A DNA stretch of 64,000 nucleotides from Myxococcales bacterium (GTDB lineage Bacteria > Myxococcota_A > UBA9042 > JABWCM01 > BTVJ01). Position numbers and translations under genes: made by a program. This document shows positions 63,905-64,000 of the stretch, piece by piece (positions within the stretch are counted from its first letter, which is position 1; each line of letters starts with the position of its first letter). Location: NCBI GenBank assembly GCA_045863395.1, contig BTVJ01000028.1, positions 27,190 to 91,189 on the forward strand, in the 5' to 3' direction. The notes below the pieces were generated by a model. The model ran no database searches and was not told where the DNA came from. It worked only from the letters and a program-made list of their open reading frames with translations.

Positions 63905-64000
63905 ATGGGGGAGGCTCCGTCGTGGGATCGCGCCGTCGTCGCGGTGTCGGGTAGCCAGGGGCGGTTTCCCGCCCCCAGCTCCCACAGAACCGGACTTGTG

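Overview
Very GC-rich bacterial chromosomal DNA. The gene content (many Cys-rich 'CDDGDPCT' lipoproteins, sigma-54 regulation, IgGFc-binding and vWA lipoproteins) suggests a Myxococcota/deltaproteobacterial lineage; this is an inference. About 48 genes are supported, and most other long ORFs in the track are GC-rich shadow frames. Main elements: (1) a XylR/V4R sigma-54 activator divergent from a -24/-12 promoter driving yceI - DUF692 (MNIO) - partner - GH36; (2) a ~1430-aa secreted fibre-like protein ending in six tandem ~130-aa Cys/Trp domains; (3) two very large CTDC-type Cys-repeat proteins; (4) a cobalamin riboswitch carrying a 182-nt hairpin insert, upstream of two lipoproteins, one BtuH-like; (5) an 11-kb energy-conservation operon, rnfCDGEAB-rseC plus an Hmc-like module, in which RnfC and RnfD have lost flavin motifs, RnfB is fused to a GltD-like domain, the cytochrome has 16 CxxCH motifs and the NrfD subunit is fused to a 5-heme domain; (6) a baeRF/Balon-like factor; (7) two tandem Rpn-like genes, each with an in-frame internal RBS+ATG. 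No rRNA, tRNA, CRISPR array, integrase or transposase was recognised. All family calls come from motif recognition by eye, not database searches.
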